Assembly: GCA_017992175.1 (NCBI GenBank)
Contig: JAGOPD010000002.1
Coordinates: forward strand, 46,149-110,148
Direction: 5' to 3'
Length of the DNA: 64,000 nt
Source of the DNA: Candidatus Saccharicenans sp.
GTDB lineage: Bacteria; Acidobacteriota; Aminicenantia; Aminicenantales; Saccharicenantaceae
Below the pieces are notes generated by a model. It was not told the DNA's origin and did not search any database. It saw only the letters and a list, made by a program, of their open reading frames with translations. Shown here piece after piece: positions 36,203-44,382 of this stretch. The first letter of the stretch is position 1; every line of letters starts with the position of its first letter. The position numbers and the translations under genes are program-made.

Positions 36203-37507
36203 CTATCCGGTGACCAGAAAAGTCAGTTTCGAACTAAAGATGATCATCAAAATGGCGGCCAGGGTAATTATTATCCAGGGCAGCCAGGCTTTTTTAATAG
36301 ATGACCAGTAAGAGCCTTTATAGCCGGACACAATCAGGCTGAGCCGTCCAATCAGGGCCGTCGGCGGCAAACCGTCGCCAAGAGGCCAGAGCAAGCTCAG
36401 GGCCGAGATAACTATGGTCGCATGGTAGCCAAGAGAGTTTAAATACCAGACCAGAGGAATGCCGATGATAGCTGCTCCGCCATAGGTGAGGACACCTTCC
36501 GAAAAAGGAATAATTACCGGCAACAGGCAGAATAAAAGGCCGAGAGGAATAATTAAGACCGAATAAGAAATCAAACCCTTGACACCGGTAGCAGCCAGGA
36601 CCTGCTGGAGCATGCCAACTATCACCATAATAGAGAGAAGCGGCAGCAGTTTGTTGACCGTGCTGCTGGCCACCTTGACCAGATTGATTTTTACCGGGCT
36701 GAGAAGATAGGCGGCCAGTGAGGCAATGATAAATTCCAACGGCAAGCCCAGAACCGGAAAAGAAAAGGGCCAGAGGCGATAAGCTATGACCAGGGCAAAA
36801 AAGACGGCAAAGGGCAGCAATAATCGAAGCCAGTTCATACCTGGAACCGTTTCGATTCTGTCTGCAAATTCCTTTTGTTCTGACTGTTTTCCGTGCCGGC
36901 GGCCAAGAATCAGAATGGTGGCTGTACCCAGAACCAGAACCGGCAGGCCAAGAGGCAGTTCAAAGCCGACATAAGGTATAGCTGTGCCGGCACATAAAAT
37001 CATCGCCCAGATATTGACCGGTGGAGCGGCGGCAGCCAGTCCGGCTAAAATAAAGAGGATAGCCGGAATCTTCTTTTCATCCACCCCCAGCCCTTTTAGA
37101 GCTAAGGCAACCGGAGCTCCAACTACTAACAGAGAAACACTGCCGGCTCCGGTCAGGGCCCCGGGAATCAGGACAATGATCATCAGAAGGAAGAGGGCCA
37201 GGAATCTAAAGCGGGCAAAAGCAACTACTGTTTGTCTGACCGCATAATTAATTCCGCCTGATTCCTGAATAATGGTGATAAACAGGGTGGCCGAGAAAAA
37301 AACCAGAATAACATCAAGGTAGGTAAAGCTGCCTTCCAGTAAATGCCTGGGTATTTCACTCAGGGCAGGGGTCTTGAACAGAGCTCCGGCCAGGACCCCG
37401 GCTAAAGTCGAGATAAACAGGCTGAGTTCAACTGACAGCTTTTGCCACTTGGCCAGGACATAACCAATAATGATAATGGCCGTGATAAAAATAGTTTTAG
37501 TTATCAT
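36203..37507 (-). CDS. DctM-like (TRAP large-subunit / ion-transporter superfamily) permease
   Basis: 434 aa with about 12 TM segments. FFSATLFITIIQESGGINY and IPGALTGAGSVSLLVVGAPVA parallel the DctM patterns FFILAGELMNRGGIS and FAGISGSAVADAAALG. Confidence 0.55.
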   Translation of the reverse strand: MITKTIFITAIIIIGYVLAKWQKLSVELSLFISTLAGVLAGALFKTPALSEIPRHLLEGSFTYLDVILVFFSATLFITIIQESGGINYAVRQTVVAFARFRFLALFLLMIIVLIPGALTGAGSVSLLVVGAPVALALKGLGVDEKKIPAILFILAGLAAAAPPVNIWAMILCAGTAIPYVGFELPLGLPVLVLGTATILILGRRHGKQSEQKEFADRIETVPGMNWLRLLLPFAVFFALVIAYRLWPFSFPVLGLPLEFIIASLAAYLLSPVKINLVKVASSTVNKLLPLLSIMVIVGMLQQVLAATGVKGLISYSVLIIPLGLLFCLLPVIIPFSEGVLTYGGAAIIGIPLVWYLNSLGYHATIVISALSLLWPLGDGLPPTALIGRLSLIVSGYKGSYWSSIKKAWLPWIIITLAAILMIIFSSKLTFLVTG

Positions 37508-37552
37508 TTAACAAAATCTTACTGATTTGTTTTCACCAAGGCAAATAATTTT

Positions 37553-38305
37553 TCAAAATACTTCTTCCAGCTCAAAATTATATTTCTGACTGGCTGTTTT
37601 TATCTCAGCTTTAACCTGCTCGAAATACTCATCGGTAGTGTAAGCCTCGAGGCCCTGCTGGCGGTAAAAGTTGATAAAATAACCGGGATAATTCAACCGG
37701 TCAATGAAAACTTTATCAACCAGCCCCCCCAATAAAGATATTAACCGCCCCGGGTTTTGAGGCAAAATAGGTCCGACAAAGGCAAAAGTTCTGAGGTTTA
37801 ACTGTTTTATTTTTTCCAGGGCATTAAGCCGCCGGCTGATAGAAGGAGCTCCCGGTTCGAACAGCCTGGCCACCCGGTCACTATCGGTAGCGATGGAAAA
37901 GCCAATTTCGGCTTCTTTTATATCCTGGAGCAAATCCAGATCCCTCAGGACTAGATCCGATTTTGTCTGGATGAAAACAGGAAAATCAAAGTGCCTGATT
38001 TCGGCCAGGCATTTTCTGGTTAACTGGTATTTAGCTTCAACCGGCTGATAAGCATCACAGACCGAAGCTATCCAGATGGTCCCGGGCTTGGCCCGGACCA
38101 GCTGCCTTCTGAGCAGGTCAGGAGCATTAATTTTGACCTGGACCCACTGGCCCCAGGGTTCAGTCTGCCCTGAATAACGGGGCATAAATAAGGCAGCATA
38201 ACAATAGCGGCAGCGATGGCTGCAACCGGTATAGGGATTAAGGCAATAGTCAAATACTTTAGATTTATTCAGGATACTTTTAGCCGTTTTTTCCGTTATT
38301 TTCAT
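37553..38305 (-). CDS. SPL/SplB-type small radical SAM protein
   Basis: 250 aa with YTGCSHRCRYCYA (CxxxCxxC). The size and layout match COG1533-type proteins. Confidence 0.75.
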   Translation of the reverse strand: MKITEKTAKSILNKSKVFDYCLNPYTGCSHRCRYCYAALFMPRYSGQTEPWGQWVQVKINAPDLLRRQLVRAKPGTIWIASVCDAYQPVEAKYQLTRKCLAEIRHFDFPVFIQTKSDLVLRDLDLLQDIKEAEIGFSIATDSDRVARLFEPGAPSISRRLNALEKIKQLNLRTFAFVGPILPQNPGRLISLLGGLVDKVFIDRLNYPGYFINFYRQQGLEAYTTDEYFEQVKAEIKTASQKYNFELEEVF

Positions 38306-38453
38306 TATTTATTCATATGTTTACCATAAGCCTGGACTTTATTAAATGTTAACAGGATCATAAATTACCTCAAAACTGTTTAACGCATCTTTTTTTTGAA
38401 AAAATAGTTTATAATATAAACGAAATTGAAGTCTGCTCAAAAAGGAGGCAAGA

Positions 38454-41400
38454 ATGGTCTCTATTAAAAATAAAAGAATTATTGGTACCTGCCTGATTTC
38501 TATTTTTCTCAGCCTGGGGCTGGCGGCAGGACTTCAGGCCCAGTATTTTGGCCGGAACAAGGTCCAGTATAAGAAGTTCGACTTTAAAATTATGAAAACC
38601 AAGCATTTTGATGTCTATTTTTATCAGCAGGATACTGAAGTCGTCAAACAGGCGGCTGAGATGGCGGAGCGCTGGTATGCTCGTCACAGCCGGATTTTTA
38701 ATTATGAACTTAAAGGTCGTCAGCCGCTCATCGTCTATTCCAGTGGGCCAGAATTCCAGCAAACAACCGTCATCCCCGAACTGATGGGTGAGGGAACCGG
38801 GGGAGTCACCGAATCTTTTAAAAGGAGGATTGTTGTTCCTTACGGTGTTTCCCTGGCTGAGACTGATCATGTCATCGGCCATGAGCTGGTTCATGCCTTT
38901 CAATATGATATTGCTGGGCAGGGGCATTCAGATGAGGCCAGATATACCGGGGCCGACTTAAGAATTCCTCTGTTTTTGATTGAAGGCCTGGCTGAGTATC
39001 TGTCTATTGGCCCTTATGATCCGGAAACATCCATGTGGATGAGAGACGCCTGGAAGAGGAAGTTCCTGCCCCCGATAAAGAAACTTGAAGATTCCTATAA
39101 GTATTTTCCTTATCGCTATGGCCAGGCTATCTGGGCTTATATTGGCGGCCGCTACGGTGACGAAATGATTGGTAAAATCTGGCGGATGCTGTCAAGAACC
39201 AATGATTACGAATCTGTGCTCCAGGGCGTGCTGGGAGAGCCGTTGAAAAAGTTATCGGAAGACTGGCAGAAAGCTAACGAAACAGCCTATTCTCCACTCG
39301 TCGCTTTGACTCAAACGCCTGATAAATATGGCCAGCTGCTGCTAAAAGGTACAGACGAAAATGTCTATAATGTTTCACCTGTTCTGAGTCCCGATGGCCG
39401 CTACTTAGCTTTTTTATCTTCCCGTGATCTTTTTTCAATAGATCTTTATCTGGCTGAGGCCAGAACCGGTAAGGTTATCAAAAAACTAACGTCGACAGCT
39501 ATTGATCCTCATTTTGAGAGTATCCAATTTATCCGGTCAGCCGGTTCGTGGGAAGCCAGCGGTCAACGTTTTGTGCTGGGGACAATTTCTCAGGGCCGGC
39601 CCTTTCTGACCATTATCAATATCAATAAAGGAAAAGTCGAAAAAGAAATTCCTTTTCCTGAATTGGGAGAGATCCTCAATCCTTCCTGGTCTCCGACCGG
39701 GAAAGAAATCGCTTTTTCGGCTCTGGCTGGCGGGATCAGTGATATTTACATTTATAATCTTGAAGATAACACCTTGAAAAAAATGACCAATGATAGTTAC
39801 GGCGATCTCCATCCAGTCTGGTCGCCGGATGGAACGAAGATTGCCTTTGTCACCGAGCGGTTCAGCGCCAATTTGAACTGGCTGGATAGTGGACATTATG
39901 AACTGGCCCTGTTAGATGTGGCTTCAGGTGAAATTACCAGAGCCCTGGCCTTTCCGTCAGGTAAGAACATTAATCCCCAATGGTCAGTTGATGGCCAGAG
40001 CCTCTATTTCCTGTCAGATTATCAGGGGAAGACTGATCTTTTCCGGCTTGGTCTGGCCGACGGGAAAATTTACCAGATAACCAATCTATTTAGCGGCATC
40101 GGCGGAATTACCCAGCTAAGCCCGGCCATTTCTTATTCACCTCAGGCCGGATTAATAGCTATGTCAGTTTATGAAAATGGTTGTTATTCTATCTATCTGA
40201 TTGAATCTGCTGACAGCCTGGCTGGACAGGCGACCCTGGCCCAGCTGACTGAAAGACCGGTTGGCCTTCTACCTCCCCGCAATCAGCTGGAAGGGGCTCT
40301 ATTAGGCTTGCTCCGCAATTCTCTTTTTGGCTTGCCTAAGGAAACCGATTTTCCAATCAGCAATTACCGGCCAAAATTGAGTCTGGATTATATAGCCCAG
40401 CCGACGGTGGCGGTTGGTGTTGACCGCTATGGAACCTACGCCGGGGGAGGAATCGCCGCTATCTGGAGCGACATGCTTGGCTATCATACTCTGGTGACGA
40501 TGGCTCAGACTGATAATCAACTGATTGATAGTTATATGATGGTCGGCTATCAGAACTCTAAAAAACGTTTAAACTGGGGCCTGATTGCTCAGAGAGTTCC
40601 TTATGTTTATGGTTCGTATGGCGCCTACTATGATGAGCTAGAGGGTAATCCTGTTTATGTAGAAGAAGAATATTTAAACCGTCAGATTAATTATGAGGTA
40701 GGCAGTTTTGCCTATTATCCTCTTAACGCTTTCCAGCGGCTGGAGTTTAGCGCTGGCTTTAATTACGTTGATTTCAATAATCATCTTTACCGTTATATTT
40801 ATGATCCCTATTATTACGATTTGATTAATTATTACAATCTGTCTTTGCCTTCGGCTCCCAGTATTAAATACGGCTATGTGTCCGCCGCTCTTGTCTATGA
40901 TAGTTCGCTATTCGGGGCTTGCAGTCCGATTATTGGCCGGAGCTATGTCCTCCAGGCTGAACCGAATTTTGGTAACTTAAACTTTGTTTCGGTTCTGGCT
41001 GATTATCGCCGTTATTTTGCCCCGGTCAAGCCTTTTACCCTGGCCTTTAGAATCCTTCATTACGGACGTTATGGAGGCGGTTCTGATGATGAGAGGCTAT
41101 GGCCACTATTCCTCGGATATGAGAATCTGGTTCGCGGTTATGATTATGGCACTTTTGAATACAGTGAAGTTGACAGCAGCAATCCTGAGGCTTTTGATTT
41201 TAACCGGCTGATGGGAAGCAGGATGCTGGTCGCCAACGCCGAATTGCGTTTTCCGGTCTTCGGCTTGCTTGGCCTGGGCAAAGGCTACTATGGTATCTGG
41301 CCGCTGGAATTTTTAGCCTTCTATGATATTGGGACGGCCTGGTACAATGGCGAGAAGCCGTCTGTCTTCGGCGGTGAAAAAAAGCCGGTGTCCAGTGCTG

Positions 41401-41519
41401 GAGTAGGGCTGAGGACAAATCTCTTCGGAGTGATTGTTCTCGGCTTTGATTATGTTTATCCTTTCGAGCGGCCAATTAAAGGCTGGCACTGGCAATTTAC
41501 CATTTCACCGGGCTTCTAA
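38454..41519 (+). CDS. Exported multidomain protein: MA-clan HEXXH peptidase-like domain + PD40/TolB-type beta-propeller + C-terminal Omp85-type beta-barrel
   Basis: - A signal peptide is present.
- HELVH lies at 38880-38894.
- Four PD40-like repeats are visible: SPVLSPDGRYLAF, NPSWSPTGKEIAF, HPVWSPDGTKIAF and NPQWSVDGQSLYF.
- The C-terminal ~380 aa are rich in Tyr, Gly and Asn, with NLVRGYDYG, AELRFP, SAGVGLR and a terminal ...ISPGF. Confidence 0.75.
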   Translation: MVSIKNKRIIGTCLISIFLSLGLAAGLQAQYFGRNKVQYKKFDFKIMKTKHFDVYFYQQDTEVVKQAAEMAERWYARHSRIFNYELKGRQPLIVYSSGPEFQQTTVIPELMGEGTGGVTESFKRRIVVPYGVSLAETDHVIGHELVHAFQYDIAGQGHSDEARYTGADLRIPLFLIEGLAEYLSIGPYDPETSMWMRDAWKRKFLPPIKKLEDSYKYFPYRYGQAIWAYIGGRYGDEMIGKIWRMLSRTNDYESVLQGVLGEPLKKLSEDWQKANETAYSPLVALTQTPDKYGQLLLKGTDENVYNVSPVLSPDGRYLAFLSSRDLFSIDLYLAEARTGKVIKKLTSTAIDPHFESIQFIRSAGSWEASGQRFVLGTISQGRPFLTIININKGKVEKEIPFPELGEILNPSWSPTGKEIAFSALAGGISDIYIYNLEDNTLKKMTNDSYGDLHPVWSPDGTKIAFVTERFSANLNWLDSGHYELALLDVASGEITRALAFPSGKNINPQWSVDGQSLYFLSDYQGKTDLFRLGLADGKIYQITNLFSGIGGITQLSPAISYSPQAGLIAMSVYENGCYSIYLIESADSLAGQATLAQLTERPVGLLPPRNQLEGALLGLLRNSLFGLPKETDFPISNYRPKLSLDYIAQPTVAVGVDRYGTYAGGGIAAIWSDMLGYHTLVTMAQTDNQLIDSYMMVGYQNSKKRLNWGLIAQRVPYVYGSYGAYYDELEGNPVYVEEEYLNRQINYEVGSFAYYPLNAFQRLEFSAGFNYVDFNNHLYRYIYDPYYYDLINYYNLSLPSAPSIKYGYVSAALVYDSSLFGACSPIIGRSYVLQAEPNFGNLNFVSVLADYRRYFAPVKPFTLAFRILHYGRYGGGSDDERLWPLFLGYENLVRGYDYGTFEYSEVDSSNPEAFDFNRLMGSRMLVANAELRFPVFGLLGLGKGYYGIWPLEFLAFYDIGTAWYNGEKPSVFGGEKKPVSSAGVGLRTNLFGVIVLGFDYVYPFERPIKGWHWQFTISPGF

Positions 41520-41548
41520 GCCCCAAGATCATCGGCCGCCGGCTAGCC

Positions 41549-43036
41549 TCAATTATTTATCTCTTTGAGAAAAATATTTTTAAAGTAAACCGGTGACTGG
41601 CTATCATGGTTTTGAAGGCCGAGGTAACCCTGACGGGCAAAATCTCTGACTTTACCCCGGGGCTCAGCCTGCCAGTCAAGAATACCCTGGCCGTTTAACT
41701 CAATTTTAATCCGGTCTCCGATAAATGTAATTTTCAGGTGATTCCATTCACCGGCTGGTTTAAAAGCCCTGGCCGCCGGAGCCTGGGCATCATAGACAGC
41801 TCCGGTCTGGTGAATTCCTTCCCCGGCATCATAAATTTGAATTTCAAAAGAATGATAGATATAGTCATCACTGGTTGGCACCTCAGGCACTCTCAGAAAA
41901 ATACCAGAGTTGGTTTCAGGTTTGGAACATTTATAATCAACTTCTAAAATAAAATCTCTGTATTGTTTCCGGCTGTACCAGAGCAAACCCATACCACCCT
42001 GGGATTTAAGGATGCCGGTCCTGTTATCAAGCTCGAAATAGCCAGGTCCATAGTGGTTCCAGCCGTGTTTTTCATACCAGCCATTTTCTTTTTTTAGGAG
42101 TTGTTCATAGCCGTCATAGTAAGTAATACTTTTGATATAGGCCAGTCCCTTTTTGATATCGGGTTCAGGGCTCATAAGATTTTTTTCGTTTTCGTATTCA
42201 ATAGTCAGATAGCCGTCATAATCCTGACGGGTTAATTCAGCCAGAATGTCTTTTATCCTGGCCGGCCCGCTCCCAAAAGCTACATCCTCGACTCCTTTGG
42301 TTCCGAAGCCACTGCGGTCTTTAAGGTGAACATCAATGATCCGGCCCTGCAGCAACCGCAGGCACTCAACCGGATCAAGGCCGCAGCGCATCCAATGCCC
42401 GGTATCCGCACAAACCCCGATTCTCCAATCAAGATCTTTAATATGATTCAAGGCAGTCAACGGATAAGCATATTTGGCTGGTTCGGGGTGATTATGAATG
42501 GCAATTTGAATATTGTATTCTTTAACCAGTTTTTCCAGCAGGGGATAATCCTGATCCTGGGGCTCAGTAACTATGGTCCTGATGCCCAGTTTTCTGGCCA
42601 GATCAAAGACCTGCCTCATCTGGCTTTCCGTCCGGCCGGTATCAACCACTCCGTAGGCAACGATCTGGAGTCCTGAAGCCTTGAGTTTTTCCTTGATCAT
42701 CTCAATTTGCTGATCGGTTAGCCGGTGGTCAAAGACCACTCTGTCCGGCCAGTCTTTAGAAATTCTTTGACCGGGATAAGCCTGTAGATAGCTCAGGCCC
42801 AGGGCTTTAGTCCTGTCAAGAGCTTCAAAAAAGGTATAGCCGCGATAGGTCCAGCCCTGCACGGCTACCGGGAAGGATTTTATTCTAATCTCGTTGTAAT
42901 TGGTTTCCCTGACCTCTTTTTTGACTGACTCTGGAATTATTTTTTCTTCAGGCGGAGTCTGCGAATAACCGGCCGCCGCTATCAGGATCAGAATCAAGCT
43001 GGAAATAAAAACTTTCTTTAATTTTTTAATCACCAT
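41549..43036 (-). CDS. Exported fusion: xylose-isomerase-like TIM barrel (sugar phosphate isomerase/epimerase family) + DUF1080 (3-keto-disaccharide hydrolase-like) domain
   Basis: A signal peptide. The TIM-barrel part contains AIHNHPEP and the HLKD region. The C-terminal part (GAVYDAQAP...GEWNHLKITFIGDRIKIELNG...LGLQNH...VYFKNIFLKEI) is typical of DUF1080. Confidence 0.75.
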   Translation of the reverse strand: MVIKKLKKVFISSLILILIAAAGYSQTPPEEKIIPESVKKEVRETNYNEIRIKSFPVAVQGWTYRGYTFFEALDRTKALGLSYLQAYPGQRISKDWPDRVVFDHRLTDQQIEMIKEKLKASGLQIVAYGVVDTGRTESQMRQVFDLARKLGIRTIVTEPQDQDYPLLEKLVKEYNIQIAIHNHPEPAKYAYPLTALNHIKDLDWRIGVCADTGHWMRCGLDPVECLRLLQGRIIDVHLKDRSGFGTKGVEDVAFGSGPARIKDILAELTRQDYDGYLTIEYENEKNLMSPEPDIKKGLAYIKSITYYDGYEQLLKKENGWYEKHGWNHYGPGYFELDNRTGILKSQGGMGLLWYSRKQYRDFILEVDYKCSKPETNSGIFLRVPEVPTSDDYIYHSFEIQIYDAGEGIHQTGAVYDAQAPAARAFKPAGEWNHLKITFIGDRIKIELNGQGILDWQAEPRGKVRDFARQGYLGLQNHDSQSPVYFKNIFLKEINN

Positions 43037-43083
43037 TTCTGCCTCCCATATTTACAACCGGAGTTAGCCTTAAGTACCAGGCT

Positions 43084-44340
43084 TTATTTCTTTTTCGGAT
43101 TCCACTGGCCCCTGGCTACCGCCGGGATAAAAGTTTCAAGGCCGGCCGGCGGAAAAGTCAGGGTTTTCCCTTTTTCCAGACTCAGATAAGCGGCCATCAG
43201 CAATTCTGTCACATTTAATCCATCGCTGAAATTTTCCTCTGGCCGCCGTCCTTCCAGGAAAGATTCGACCATATGCCTGTTCTCACCTGTGTAGCCATAC
43301 TCAAATTCTTCGCAGGAGACAACTGGCATCTGGCCAACCTCGGCATTCTGTTTTTCCACCAGATCTTCTCCAGCCCGGCCTTTCACCTGGCGGCTGAAAA
43401 AGACTTTTAAGCCGGAATCAAGTGTATTATATTGCAGCGAGTATTCAGGTCCGAGCAATTCCAGGCTCAAGCGCAGGCCTGCCCCGATATAACACCACGA
43501 AGTAGTAGTTTCGACCACCAGAATATTGCCTTTTTTATCTTTATATTCAATTATTGACCGGGCAAAATCCTCAGCCGGCCGGTGCTGGTAATCGAGCTGA
43601 CCGCCGCTCGTCATCTTTAATTTTTTCGCATAATCGGGTAACTGCCATTTGAGACAGGTTGCATAGGCTGAAAGCTTAACCGGCGTCAAATCGTCTCGCC
43701 GGGCGCCGGGCGGAGTCAGCATGAATCTGGCTTCCTCGACTGAATGACACATCATGTCATTCAGGACGCCTCCTCCCTGGAGTTCTCCTTCCCAGAACCA
43801 GGGGCGATGAGGCCCGCTATGTTCCTCAGCTGCCCGGGCTAAATATGGCCGGCCGCATAAACTTGCCCCCCGGGCCCAGATAATTTCTTTACCTCTGACG
43901 ACCGCCGGAGCAAACAGCTGGTTTTCTAAATAGCCGTCGAGCAAATTAGCCTTTTGGGCCAGTTCCAGCATCCGGCGGGCTTCTTTGACATTTCTACCCA
44001 GCGGCTTTTCACAGCTAACCCCAATCAGTTCGCCTTTTCCCCTGATAACTGCCTGGCTGATTTCTTCCATAACTTCAGTCCGGGTGAAATTCGGGGAGCA
44101 GATCCAGACGGCATCGATAGCCGGATCAGCTACCATTTCGGTTATCGATTTATAAGTCTTAGCCTGGCCAACTTTTAGTTTCCGAGCCAGGCTGGCTGCT
44201 TCTTCGGCCTGTTTCTGATCAGGATCAAAAATACCCAGAATATCAGCCCCGCGAACCCCGACCCAGGATCTTATATGGAAACGGGTAATAAAACCCCCGC
44301 CCACAAAGCCAATACCCAAATTACTTTTTTTGGCTTTCAT
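43084..44340 (-). CDS. Gfo/Idh/MocA-family NAD(P)-dependent oxidoreductase
   Basis: N-terminal Rossmann motif GIGFVGGGFITRFH and EKPL in the CEKPLGRN motif. Confidence 0.85.
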   Translation of the reverse strand: MKAKKSNLGIGFVGGGFITRFHIRSWVGVRGADILGIFDPDQKQAEEAASLARKLKVGQAKTYKSITEMVADPAIDAVWICSPNFTRTEVMEEISQAVIRGKGELIGVSCEKPLGRNVKEARRMLELAQKANLLDGYLENQLFAPAVVRGKEIIWARGASLCGRPYLARAAEEHSGPHRPWFWEGELQGGGVLNDMMCHSVEEARFMLTPPGARRDDLTPVKLSAYATCLKWQLPDYAKKLKMTSGGQLDYQHRPAEDFARSIIEYKDKKGNILVVETTTSWCYIGAGLRLSLELLGPEYSLQYNTLDSGLKVFFSRQVKGRAGEDLVEKQNAEVGQMPVVSCEEFEYGYTGENRHMVESFLEGRRPEENFSDGLNVTELLMAAYLSLEKGKTLTFPPAGLETFIPAVARGQWNPKKK

Positions 44341-44382
44341 CTCTTCCTCCTCAATCTAATCTGATTTGTTATCTTTTATTCA

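Noticed and set aside
36018-36311. A 97-aa plus-strand ORF spans the M14/permease junction.
   Set aside because: It is antisense to the ends of two minus-strand genes and to the 53-aa ORF that fits the gap. It has no RBS.
37553-38305. I considered the radical SAM gene as a RiPP maturase with a nearby precursor peptide.
   Set aside because: The enzyme is the short SplB/COG1533-like type without a SPASM or RRE-like extension. I found no small Cys/Ser/Thr-rich precursor ORF next to it. The only small ORF nearby (36030-36191) is hydrophobic and membrane-like.
38409-38927. A 172-aa minus-strand ORF overlaps the start of the 1021-aa gene.
   Set aside because: It is antisense to a gene with a strong RBS, a signal peptide and clear motifs. 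It has no RBS and a low-complexity product, so it is a shadow ORF.
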